Assembly: GCA_019828565.1 (NCBI GenBank)
Contig: JAHDYR010000012.1
Span: 930,001-994,000, forward strand
Reading direction: 5' to 3'
Source of the DNA: Carpediemonas membranifera BICM
Lineage: Eukaryota > Protista > Fornicata
Length of the DNA: 64,000 nt
Both the position numbers and the translations under genes were made by a program. Of the stretch, positions 9,796-19,747 are shown piece after piece (within the stretch, counting starts at the first letter, position 1; every line of letters begins with the position of its first letter). The notes beneath the pieces were generated by a model that was not told the DNA's origin, searched no databases, and was given only the letters and a program-made list of their open reading frames with translations.

Positions 9796-10900
9796 TTAAA
9801 GACGCTTCGCGCTAGGCCGCAGCAGACTCCTTGTCGCTTCGCGGACGAAGAGAGGCTCGTTGCGCATAGCCTGTCCGATGTAAGAGCGCAAACTACGAAC
9901 CTCCCGCCAGGTACCCATGGCGAGCAGAGCCTCCAGAGGCGTGCCACATAGGGCAAGCTCCGAGGCGGCACCCTTGCGGAACGAATGCCAGCCCGACCTT
10001 GGGCCGAATAAGCGCTTCACGTCCTGCAGCAAACCCCTAGCTGACCGTGGGTTGCGACGACTGAGCGTATTGCGGGGAGTCACCTCCCGCCACATGCAGG
10101 CATCGTCCGGAAGAGATAGGCCAGTCAGCCAGCGCTGTAAAGCCTTAGCTGGGTTAAAAACCCTGGATCCAGACGTTAGGGAGTCTCTTAGCCACCCCTA
10201 TCATGGTCTTGGTACGAGGGATGCCGAGCGTGGCGTCACCGTTAGGCTCGAAGGTGATGCGCCCGGGCGTTAGCGTGAAGATCTCCCTTCCTCGACTGAC
10301 CGTCAAGTAGCACATGGACGCAAACAGGGTTGCCTGGTATGCCCTGATAGAACTGTTGCGGTTCGCGATGGCGTCGCTCATCTCGATCCTGTAGACTGGG
10401 CGTGACCCTCCGGTGAGACCCTTCAGGGTAGCTCTCTTGCGGGCTTCTTTCTGGATCGCCTGCGCGTCGAGAGGAACTCTCCAGCTAGACCATCGCGGGG
10501 CTGCTTGGATGACCCAGTAAGCCTTGCGGCCGACCGAGTCCGGCCCTGAGTTCCTTCCCTCTTTGAGCAGGAATGCCCTGAACTGGGCTGCGTGGGACAG
10601 CTTCGGATCTCTACTCTCGATGAACTTGGTAACCCAGCCGGCGACCGCTCGCCTTCCTTGCTCCTCGAGGTGCGAGAGCTGATCAGATAGTCTGATTCCT
10701 TCGAACAGGTTGGAAGGGCCAGACCGATGTACCTCGACTTCATGCCGCTCTGGGGCTCGGTGGTCGAGAAGTAGCGCTTCAGGCGAGCTGCCTGCTTGAG
10801 GAGGCGCAACTCTGGCGACATAGTGTCTTTCACGAGGAGGAATATCGACGAGGTCCAGGTCCTCGGATGGGACGTAGGTGCTGTCGGAGCTGTAGCCTTG
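9796..10900 (-). CDS. Tyrosine recombinase of the YR retrotransposon (frameshift near 10155; start approximate)
   Basis: R-H-R-W-Y catalytic set: SRGREIFTL (ORF 10154-11980), then HSFRKGAA and GTWREVRSLRSY (ORF 9796-10095). Confidence 0.8.
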
Positions 10901-12522
10901 AGACATAGACTCGTCACTGCTCTCGTCACTGCTGTATTCACCACCAGAACTCGACGACCGCGCCAGACCTTCGGGCCGTCGCCCTCCCAGATGGTGTTGG
11001 CCGGCCCCCACAGAGCTAGGAGCTGCTCTGTCAGTGTCGGAGGCACCTCTATGTTGCGAGACAGCCGGTCTGCGTGGATGTTGGCTCGACCCGGCGTGAA
11101 CTCGGCCTTGATGATAAGGTTGCGGCTTGCGAGCAGAGTGTGAAGCTCCTGCACAAGATCCATCGCAGCTTGGGGCGCGTGCGTAGAGCCCTGACGGTTG
11201 ACCCAAGCCTGGGCTGTGGAGTTGTCCGTGAAGACGGTGAGCACCCTGCGCTCCTTGAAGCTTGGAAGGGATTCGACGGCACGGACCACGGCATACAGCT
11301 CTCGAACGTTGATGGACTCCGTCGCAATGTTGGCTGGGAATGTGCCCTGAATGGAAGAGTCGCTTGTGCCGGGGTTGAAGATGACTGCTCCCCAGCCCTC
11401 GTCCGAGGCATCCGAGGTCACGCACAGGTCGAGATCCCACGAGGGAAAGAGATCTGCGAACGGTCTTGTTGGGCATGAGAGTAAGAGGGCTTCCCACTGT
11501 TCGAGCTCGGCTCTGTCTGCCGGTTGAAGGACTAGCTCGGATGATGGACGGAGTGCTTGTAGCCGACGCAGCTTGTGGACGAGCCTCGACGTGTAGGCGA
11601 AGAAGCCCAGGCGGCCTATCACTGACGCCCAGTCCTGTGCCGTGATCTTGTTGGAGGATAAAGCGGCCCTGATGGTGTTGCGGTACTTCTCTGCTTTGTC
11701 CTTGGGAAGGCTGATGGTCATGGAGCGTGTGTCGAGCAGAACTCCCAGGTACTGGATGAGCTGGACGGGCTCGAGCTCGCTCTTTCGGACGTTCACGATG
11801 ATGCCGAGAAGCTGAAGGGTCCTGAGCACCTCTGGCCCTATCGATCGGAGGTAGGCTTGATCTGCATGGGCCAGCAGGAAGTCGTCTAGATACACACTCA
11901 CCTTGACCTTGAAGCGCAACGCTAGGATCCTCGCGGCTTGTACCATCACCAGCTGGAAGAAATATGGAGCCGCTGTCCACCCGAACGACAGGCCTGTATA
12001 GTGATAAGCCTGGCCGTTGGGAAGAACCACTCCCAAGAGCGGAGCGTCTTGGGGCTTCACGCCTAGCTGATGATAGCCGTCCGAGAGGTCTATCTTTGCC
12101 ATATAGTCGCCCTGAGCGAGAAGGCCCACCGCTCGTCGTACGCCGAATAAGCGAAAGACCCGACGCTCCTTGGTGATGGCGTTGAGGCGCCGCAAGTCGT
12201 GGATGACACGGATATCGGTCTCGCCCTTGGCTACAGAGAAGAGGGGGCGCTGTGACGGAGCTTGCGCATGGATGACTTGATGAGAGCCCCCGAGGCGAGC
12301 TGGTCCTTGAGCTTGTCCAGGATCCTGCGGTCGATGCTGGCCTGAGGTGATGGGGGTGAGGGCAGGCGGTTGAGCTGTATGGGAACGCCCTCGCGTAAGA
12401 GATTGCAGACTTCTAGGGACGCACCGAACCTTTTCCAAACGAACCATCGCGCGTTCATCGATGGGAGCTTGGTAGCTAATTGCGGTGAGTCCTTCTGCCC
12501 CCCCTTTCGCGAAAATTGTCAC
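10423..12522 (-). CDS. Reverse transcriptase / RNase H of the YR retrotransposon
   Basis: RVIHDLRRLN, KIDLSDGYHQL, LSFGW, YLDD, SDASDEGWG, INVREL, TDNSTA and NIHADRLSR. The true N-terminal segment is probably in the 12231-12458 frame. Confidence 0.9.
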   Translation of the reverse strand: MTIFAKGGAEGLTAISYQAPIDERAMVRLEKVRCVPRSLQSLTRGRSHTAQPPALTPITSGQHRPQDPGQAQGPARLGGSHQVIHAQAPSQRPLFSVAKGETDIRVIHDLRRLNAITKERRVFRLFGVRRAVGLLAQGDYMAKIDLSDGYHQLGVKPQDAPLLGVVLPNGQAYHYTGLSFGWTAAPYFFQLVMVQAARILALRFKVKVSVYLDDFLLAHADQAYLRSIGPEVLRTLQLLGIIVNVRKSELEPVQLIQYLGVLLDTRSMTISLPKDKAEKYRNTIRAALSSNKITAQDWASVIGRLGFFAYTSRLVHKLRRLQALRPSSELVLQPADRAELEQWEALLLSCPTRPFADLFPSWDLDLCVTSDASDEGWGAVIFNPGTSDSSIQGTFPANIATESINVRELYAVVRAVESLPSFKERRVLTVFTDNSTAQAWVNRQGSTHAPQAAMDLVQELHTLLASRNLIIKAEFTPGRANIHADRLSRNIEVPPTLTEQLLALWGPANTIWEGDGPKVWRGRRVLVVNTAVTRAVTSLCLKATAPTAPTSHPRTWTSSIFLLVKDTMSPELRLLKQAARLKRYFSTTEPQSGMKSRYIGLALPTCSKESDYLISSRTSRSKEGERSPAGLPSSSRVEIRSCPTQPSSGHSCSKREGTQGRTRSAARLTGSSKQPRDGLAGEFLSTRRRSRKKPARELP

Positions 12523-13018
12523 GCTTCTTGATGCCCTTGATCTTAGCCTTAGCCACCAAGATGTCGACGGCGGCCCGAGTGCGGGGAGGAGCGGACTTGA
12601 AGAGGTTGGAGCAGCGCTCGGAGGTTGCGTCGTCCCAACTGTCCTTGAGGAGGAGGAGTTGCTGGCGTCCGTAGATCTTGACCCTCAGAGCAGGAATGGT
12701 TGCAAGGCGGCCAGCGATGAGATCACGTTCCATGGCGTAAAGCCACTTAGCCTCATCTCGAAGGCCGAACCGGTTAGGAAGGTTCACAAGAGCCTCAAAG
12801 GGATCAAAGATGTCGTCGACAGCGTCCTGCTGTTCGTCTTCGATGCTTTCTTGGTCCTGAAGCTGCTGATCATCGTTATCCTCTACGTTGAGGGCGATAT
12901 CATCGGGGTTATGCTGTTCTTCAGCACTTCTGGCCTGAAGAGCGCGTTCTACAACTTCTCTCAGTTCTTGGAGGTCCTTCTGGGTGACCGGCTCGTTTTC
13001 TTCGGCCGGATCAGCCAT
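12476..13018 (-). CDS. gag-like ORF1 of the YR retrotransposon (180 aa)
   Basis: The ATG (MADPAEENEP) lies inside repeat A1. It is the first ORF of the element and overlaps the RT ORF. Confidence 0.7.
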   Translation of the reverse strand: MADPAEENEPVTQKDLQELREVVERALQARSAEEQHNPDDIALNVEDNDDQQLQDQESIEDEQQDAVDDIFDPFEALVNLPNRFGLRDEAKWLYAMERDLIAGRLATIPALRVKIYGRQQLLLLKDSWDDATSERCSNLFKSAPPRTRAAVDILVAKAKIKGIKKRDNFRERGGRRTHRN

Positions 13019-13143
13019 TCTCGTTCTTCTGAAGAGGATCGAGACGATCCTTGAAATTTGCGCGCCCATCGAATCCGATCGAATCGGATCAGGCAGCACG
13101 ACCCGACACTCCCGGGTGTCAACTGTGACCCATGTGGTCCACG
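12988..13143 (-). repeat. Split repeat A1 (156 bp)
   Basis: Identical to 9445-9600. Confidence 0.9.
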
Positions 13144-13757
13144 AGGTGCGAGTTCGAGTGCCGGTAGAGAACATTTTGTGACTGCGGACGAGTCGATATA
13201 AGACGTGGCCATAACTTTTTTTTGAGCCATCGTTCAGGGGCGTTCTGACAAATCCCGTATACACCGAAAGGAACCCAACACAACTGTGCATTGGCTTATC
13301 CCAACTCCAAACTTTTAAGGCCAAAGGTCAAAAATTCGGGCAGTTCTCTAGATTCGGGTGGATTTCGCGACTCAATCATACCGCCAGAGACCCTTAAGTC
13401 CACCAAATCCAGCAGCCATGAAGCCTCAGGCCTCGTGCTGTACTGCACAAATTGTTAGGAATCGCCATTTTTGTCGTACAACTATTTATGCATAATTCAA
13501 TGTAAAGACGACGGAGTTGAACAGCGAATTTTTTGTTCCCCCTAGAAAACCCATAGCACTGTACAATGCAGTAATCCGCAGCCCTGAACACCGTCTGTAG
13601 CGTGTGCTCTGACCTCAAAGTCCAATTTTGAGGTCCCGTTTTTGAGCGTGAAAATTTAGTATAAAATATTTGCGTTGTCCCAGATTTCAATGCATGTTCG
13701 AAGGACCCCTGGGGTAGGCTACACGCTGCATGTGTCGCCTTCCCTGGCAGGGGCCCA

Positions 13758-13778
13758 GGGGTCCCGTACCGGGACCCC
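13758..13778 (+). other. GC-rich hairpin, probable Helitron subterminal hairpin
   Basis: GGGGTCCCG-TAC-CGGGACCCC (9-bp stem), ~30 nt before the junction with host repeat sequence. Confidence 0.55.
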
Positions 13779-15132
13779 CCAAAATCCGCAATACCTTACC
13801 ATAACTTACTTCCCTTTTGTTCGTAGATGATAAGTTGCCTTGAAGTGGGTGAGCGTAGGCCCAACGCCGGTCAAAACGACAGAGTACCGTGGATGGCTGG
13901 AAGCTTTCTTTCTGCTCGAAGTTACTGCCTTGAAGCGGCTGATCTTGGAGGCCATAAGAAGTCAGGCGGAGACTCGAGTTAACGAACAACATGAGGGGCA
14001 ACCCCCACTCTCTCCTTGAAGGGACCCTGAACCTACTGGTTATTCCCTTCTGATGCGTGGTAACAGGCCACATGTCGCCGCAACATGTAGTTTCGGTGAT
14101 GATGCCCTCGACATGATGTCGTGGTGTGCAGAGTTTTCTCTTCTGGAGTTCTCTGATATGATGAGAACAGCTGTGTGCCAGCGGTCTCAGAGCAACGCAC
14201 CTTCTTTCCGGTCCTCGGCCGCGACCTTCCGGTCCGTGGGGGCAGGGTGTGCGGTCTTCTGCTCTTAAGTCGAGTCAGCCTCGAGCCGTTTCAGTTGTTC
14301 CTCGCCTGCCGTTTGCGCTGTTGTGCTTGGTACGGTCGGTATCTCTGCCATCTTTTCTGCACTTCCCTGTTCTCCTTCTTCCGTTGTCCTGTCCTCGCCT
14401 TTGGCTCCCGGGCCGTGGGGGCAGTGTGGCAAGAGGTTCTCTAGTCAGTGCAGTTTATGGTAAATAGAATCTCATCTTTGTCTCCTCCGTGCTGCCACAC
14501 GCCGCAACGGCACACTGCAGCTCCTAGCTCAAGTCCCACAAGCTCAAGCTTAAGGGGGGTAGGATGTCATAAGGCGTCCACGTCCGCAGTTTATGTAAAT
14601 GTTCCAATCTCTTCGCCCTGGCACAACAATCGCTGAATGGCGATTTAATAGATATGATGATAAGCTAGAAATACTCCGCACGGAACTTACTGTGGTGGTG
14701 TCTACGCCTTGAGTGGTGCTTGAGCGTCCTCTCTGGTCCGATGGACTCGAAGGACGACTGCGGCGAGAGGGAGAGGGTCTCGCTCATATCGGTGCTCGTG
14801 GACAGCGCTGCGGGGACAATCATGGCGATTGGCTTCCCGGCCGAGGCGTCCTTGAGGGCCCTGACGGTCGACGCTGCGCTGCACTGCTCCGCGATCGAGC
14901 TTACGGTGAGACCCGAGGGCTCGGCTGTGCGCCAGTCAGCCCCCGCACCAATGAGCGTGGCTACATACTGTTAAAAACGGGGTTTCGATGCCTGAGGAAG
15001 TCGTGAGGAAGTGAAAATGGCGATATCCGAAACTAGAACCCCTGAAGCCGATTTAAATACAACAGCAGGTGCTTTATAGATGAATAACGCATATCTTACA
15101 TCGTTGTCGAGCATTATTTTGCTCATCGGCGA

Positions 15133-15225
15133 TGTGGCGACAACAGTATTTACACATAACCTGCGAAGCAGGGGTGAGTGTGCCCGTAGTTATAAATAGC
15201 AATAATAATAACTGAGGCACTGACA
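15133..15225 (-). repeat. 3' LTR of gypsy B
   Basis: Identical to 19655-19747; adjacent to the PPT at 15226-15236. Confidence 0.95.
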
Positions 15226-15605
15226 CTACCCCCCTCGAGCTGTAAGTGGGGCGTATGAATGATGGTGCCGAAGATATGTTTTGATGTCATCAAATCTTTC
15301 GGTCAGATCTCGAGGATATTCTCCACGATATTCGCCAGGAGTCTGGGTTCGAGTCCCGGGATGGTCACTTTTGTCGAACAGCGGATCAATTGATGAGCGA
15401 GTTGTTCGTGATGACGGTATGATGTCCAGAATGAGCCTGGTGTGTTCGAAACGCGAAGGATACTGTTAGAAAGTCCTTCTTTCCCCCCTTTTCCTGCTAT
15501 CGGTTCTCGATGAGGGAATGCATGATGTTCCTGTTCGAACTGCGTTCGTTCGGATGAATGGTTGTACAATAAGCAACATCAACATGAGATTAGGATGGGC
15601 TGATG

Positions 15606-18600
15606 TTATAGTCGCTTTTCCAGCTTTGAGCGCTCGTCGGGCGGTAGCGTCAACAAGTAACTGTCTAATGCGACGAGCTGGCGGTTCTCTGCATCTAGAG
15701 GTTCCCACGTAGCCTCTGAGCGTTCGAATCCTGCCCAGAGGATCTTGATCAGGCCTGGTTCCTTCCTCAGGTCGTGATCCAGGATGGCTTCGACGACAAG
15801 TTCGTCGTGATCCAGGGCCGCCATTTTGAGGGCCGCCTCTGGGCTGACGGGCGCTGCGATCATGCGCTCCCCGTGGATGTGGACCACCTTCTTCGTAATG
15901 AGGTCCTTCAGTCGGTAGACGTTGGGGTCTTCGCCACGACCCAGGACCTTAAGTGGTCCCCGGAGGAAGGGTGAGAGCTTCTGGGGCTTCCTGCTCGGGA
16001 TGATAAACGCGAACTCGTGCGGCTTCCACCTGTGGGTGGTCTTGAAGTGATCTCCCCGGCGCTTAGCCGCGTTGTACTCCTCCACAGCATGCTTGCTCAG
16101 TGCGCGGATGCGGCCGAGGGCCTCGATGTGACTGGCGAGAGCTGTAGATGCGCGCTCGGGGTCGGTGTAGCTGCGTGGGGTCTTCAAGTGTCGAGGGCTG
16201 ATGCCCAGTAAGGCCTCGAGGGGTGATATTCCCCCAAGAGTGCGATGTGGAGCGGAGTTGACGAGGAATTGGGCCATATAAAGCCATCGTTGCCATTCGT
16301 TGGACTCTGCTTCCATCATGAGTTTGCGTAGAACGCGCACGGCCGTGCCATTCGCTCGCTCAACTATACCCGAGCTCTGTGGATGGTAGGCTGTAGCAAT
16401 GTGGTGCTTGAGGGTCAATTCACTCGTAAGCTTCTCCATAAGCTTGTTACGGTACTGGGATCCTCCATCGGTGTGGATCTCCTGAGGAATGCCGAAGCGG
16501 CCAGCGAATGCGAGTAGGGCCTGTGCGGCTGAGTCTGCCGACGTGTCCCGGACTGGAACTAGGTCGACGTACTTGGTAAAGGAGTCAATGATGGTGATGA
16601 TATATCGATTGCCCCTAGTGGATTCGGGCAGGGGCCCGATCGTGTCCAGCTGGACTGTCTCGAACGGCTCTACCCTCTGCGTGCTATGCCACGCGGTCTG
16701 GCGCGCTTGGATCTGTCGAGTCTTCAGACAAGCCGGACAGGTCCGAACGAAGGCGTCGATGTAGGGGTCAATGGTCTCGCGTTGAGCTGGCGTTGCCAGC
16801 CTGCGGATGATTCTGGCTGATGGGTGGCCGGCGGATCCTCCATGAAGGGTCCGGAGGATGGCGCGGGCGTCTTCTGGTATGTCGTCAGTGGTCAGGAAGC
16901 AGCAGCGACTAAGAGCGTCTGCTACAGCGTTGTCCTCCCCCTGCCACATGTGATATCTCCGCGGGGAACTGCTGGAGGGTGATCCTCCAGCGCATTACCT
17001 TCGGTGAGCAGTCCGAGCGCTTCATGAGGTAGACGATATTGCGATGGTCCGTGTGGACGTGTAGGTCCGTGGCCATGGTGAACAGGGGCTGCATGTCTGA
17101 TCTGGTGAGTGCACTAAGGATACCATACAGTTCCTTATCATAGGTGCACCAGCGGCGTTGCACATCAGTTAGTCTCTTGGAGAATAACGTGACGGGCTGA
17201 TGTTGGCCGTCCGCAGCGATCTGGTATAGAATACCGCCGACCGCGTTGTCGGACGCGTCTGTATAGAGATGCCAGGGTAGACCCGGGTCCGGCTGGGTGA
17301 GGGTGATGGCCTCCGCTGTTGCCTCCTTGAGGCTCTGGAGGGCCTGTTCTTGTGGATCACCCCACTCCTCGGCCTTGATTGCGTCATAGAGCGGGCCAAG
17401 AAGCTCCTGTGCGCGCGGAAGGTGCTCAGCGATGTAATTGAACATGCCAGCGATGCGTCGCATGTCCTTGACAGAGGTGGGAGATGTGATGTCGTTGAGG
17501 GCCTTGGCTCTCTCGGGGTCCACGCTGCGACCTTGCTCCGAGATGTCGAAGCCGACGACCTTGACCTTACGGGAGGCGAACTTGCACTTCGCGAGGTTAA
17601 GTCTCAAGTCATGGCGATCGAGTAGCACTAAGGTGTGCTCTAGCGTCTGGAGGAATTCCTCCTGTGTCTTTGCGTGGATGAGGATGTCATCAATGTAGAC
17701 CATAACACCCTTGTGAAGCACGGGTGCGAGGACTCCTTGCATGACTCTTTGGAAGTGAGACGGCGCATTTGCTAGGCCGAATGGCACCCGCACGAACTCG
17801 TCATACGCGTCTGGGGTGATCATAGCCGTCTTGCGGACGTCGTCCGGGTGGACTGGGACTTGATGATACCCGGACGTGAGGTCCAGCGCCGCGAAGAAGC
17901 GTGAGCCGGATGCTTCCCGTACAAACGACTTCAAGTCGGGGAGGGGGAAGTGGTCCTTGACTGTGATCCTATTGAGAGCTGTATAGTCAATACACAGTCT
18001 GATGGCGCCGGATGCCTTGTCTACGACGACAATGGGAGAGGCAAACGGTCCCTGTGAGGCCCGTGTGATACCTGCCGATCGCAGGCGCTGCAGCTCTTCT
18101 CTGACTTGCTCACGGCGTCTGGGATTGAGGCGGCGGGGCTTGGCTTGCACGAGGTGCTGTTCGTCCACTAGCGGGATGCGCATGGCGGGCACCTTGGCTC
18201 CTCCCGGCGCCAGGCCGTCAAAAACGTGAGGGTGCTGCTCCAATATCGCTGTGATCGGTTGCTTAAGCTCCTCGATCTCAATGTTGGGCTGTACGTTGTC
18301 GGCCAGCAGTAATTCTTCTGCTGGTCTGAAAGGAATATCGTCCCCTTCGTCTGCTGCGGTTTCTTTCACGAGCTTAACAAAAAGGCCATCGGAAGTGAGG
18401 CATCCGAGGCTTCTCAGAATATCGCAGCCTATGAGGATCAGGGGTTTTTTCCCTGGTATGATGTCGAGGTTGGCAGTGAAGCGGGTCTCGTGGCCAGCTA
18501 GGGCCACTCGGAGGTCCGCGGAGGTCCGGCCATTAGCGGTGGCCACTGACTGGTCTGCCAGTAAATAATGCCGCGTAGGGCCCGTTGAATGGGGTAGGGC

Positions 18601-19632
18601 GAGATCCTTTGCTAGTCCCTCCGAAACTCCTGAACGTCTGGCGCATGAATCAATGTGGAACACGTACTCTTGGCCATTTATATGGCCCGTAGTCTTGAGC
18701 ACGTCGTCCTCGGTGTCGATCTCGGCATCGTCAAGGATCATGGCCTCGAACGGGGTCTTGGCCTTGAGCTCAGATTTGGCTCTGAGGCCGCCGCCCGACT
18801 CCCTGGAGCGTGTCTTCTCTGAACGGGGACACTCGTTCCGCCAGTGATTGCCCTGGCAGATGGGGCAAGGGGTCTTCGGGGGCCTGTTGGTCGGATGGAT
18901 GTCGTTCGGACGCGGCTTGGAGGTGGGAGCCGCTTCCTTGGCCTTGATGGGGAGGGCCTGCTTGGTGCTGGAGGATTCGTCAGTGTCGGGGTCGCTGTTG
19001 GCCTTGGTTCTGGCCTTCTTGGTGCGCACTAGATCGTAGCCGTAGCGCGTCATGTCCAGGCGAAGCTGGTCTTCAACCCGGGCGGCCTCGGTGATGAGTT
19101 TGTACACGTCCTCGAGCTTGGTTGGCTTTCGGAGGTCATACTCCGTGCGGACGACACGTTGGAAAGCGTCAGGTGCCAGATGGGAGAGGCACAGCTTGGT
19201 GGCTTTTTCGATGACGGTATCGTCGTCGCGGGAGAGGTTCTCCTCTTCGGAGAATGTGCCCTTTGTGTAGAGCTGGAAGATGTCCTGGAATGCGTTGATG
19301 TACTTGCGCACAAGGACGGTGCGGGTGTTGAGGTCGGTGATAGTGGATTCACAGCGGACCTTGCTCAGCTCGGCGAGCCATTGGCGGGATGTCTGAGGGC
19401 CGACGAGCTTGTCGAGGTGCTTGAAGAGCTCCTCTTCGGTGATGGTTTCAGCGTTGAGGTCGAACTGTCGCTGAATGAGATCCGACAAGGCGTCGGTGAG
19501 GAAAAGGGAGGCTTTCGCGTCAGGTGCGAACACCTTGAGGCGTTGGACTTGCCTCTTGAAGGAGCGGACGCTCTCGCGGTCGAGGTTAATAGCGTCGAGC
19601 TCTGGAATTGTCATTTGGGTTTTGGCAAACAT
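15606..19632 (-). CDS. Gag-Pol polyprotein of gypsy B (one frameshift at ~16940, likely a homopolymer error)
   Basis: CPICQGNHWRNEC, IDSCA protease, YIDD, TDASD, integrase HHCC and DDE (LDTIGP/TDGG/VERAN), and chromodomain VEAILDH..W.GF...ATWEP. Removing one G from the G5 run restores HVAGEDNAVADALSR. Confidence 0.92.
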
Positions 19633-19654
19633 GAGTCTGTACTAGAATCGATTC

Positions 19655-19747
19655 TGTGGCGACAACAGTATTTACACATAACCTGCGAAGCAGGGGTGAG
19701 TGTGCCCGTAGTTATAAATAGCAATAATAATAACTGAGGCACTGACA
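19655..19747 (-). repeat. 5' LTR of gypsy B
   Basis: Identical to 15133-15225; flanked by GCGA TSD. Confidence 0.95.

Larger units (their letters stand above)
9315..13143 (-). mobile_element. Tyrosine-recombinase (DIRS-order) retrotransposon with split direct repeats (PAT/Ngaro-type)
   Basis: Element-sense layout is A1(13143-12988) - gag - RT/RNaseH - YR - B1(9644-9600) - A2(9600-9445) - B2(9359-9315). No TSD; the ORFs overlap. Confidence 0.9.
6673..13808 (+). mobile_element. 3' portion of Helitron/Helentron (with nested YR retrotransposon)
   Basis: Helicase-OTU coding region, then a structured 3' region, a GC hairpin at 13758-13778, and an abrupt junction into the tandem unit at ~13809. 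Confidence 0.6.
15133..19747 (-). mobile_element. Full-length chromodomain-bearing Ty3/gypsy retrotransposon B (4615 bp)
   Basis: Identical 93-bp TG..CA LTRs, a 4-bp TSD GCGA (empty site visible in TIR copy 1 near 4585), PPT GAGGGGGGTAG, and gag-PR-RT-RH-IN-chromo order. Confidence 0.95.

Noticed and set aside
9279-13165. Functional tRNA gene
   Set aside because: The acceptor and T stems do not pair and the sequence is interrupted. It is reported only as tRNA-like.
990-13808. Fanzor/TnpB cargo in the Helitron or TIR element
   Set aside because: No RuvC or zinc-finger pattern was found in the available frames.
16909-16949. Programmed frameshift between RNase H and integrase
   Set aside because: One extra G in a G5 run breaks the conserved HxxGxxNxxADALSR motif, and similar homopolymer indels occur throughout the window. 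An error is more likely.
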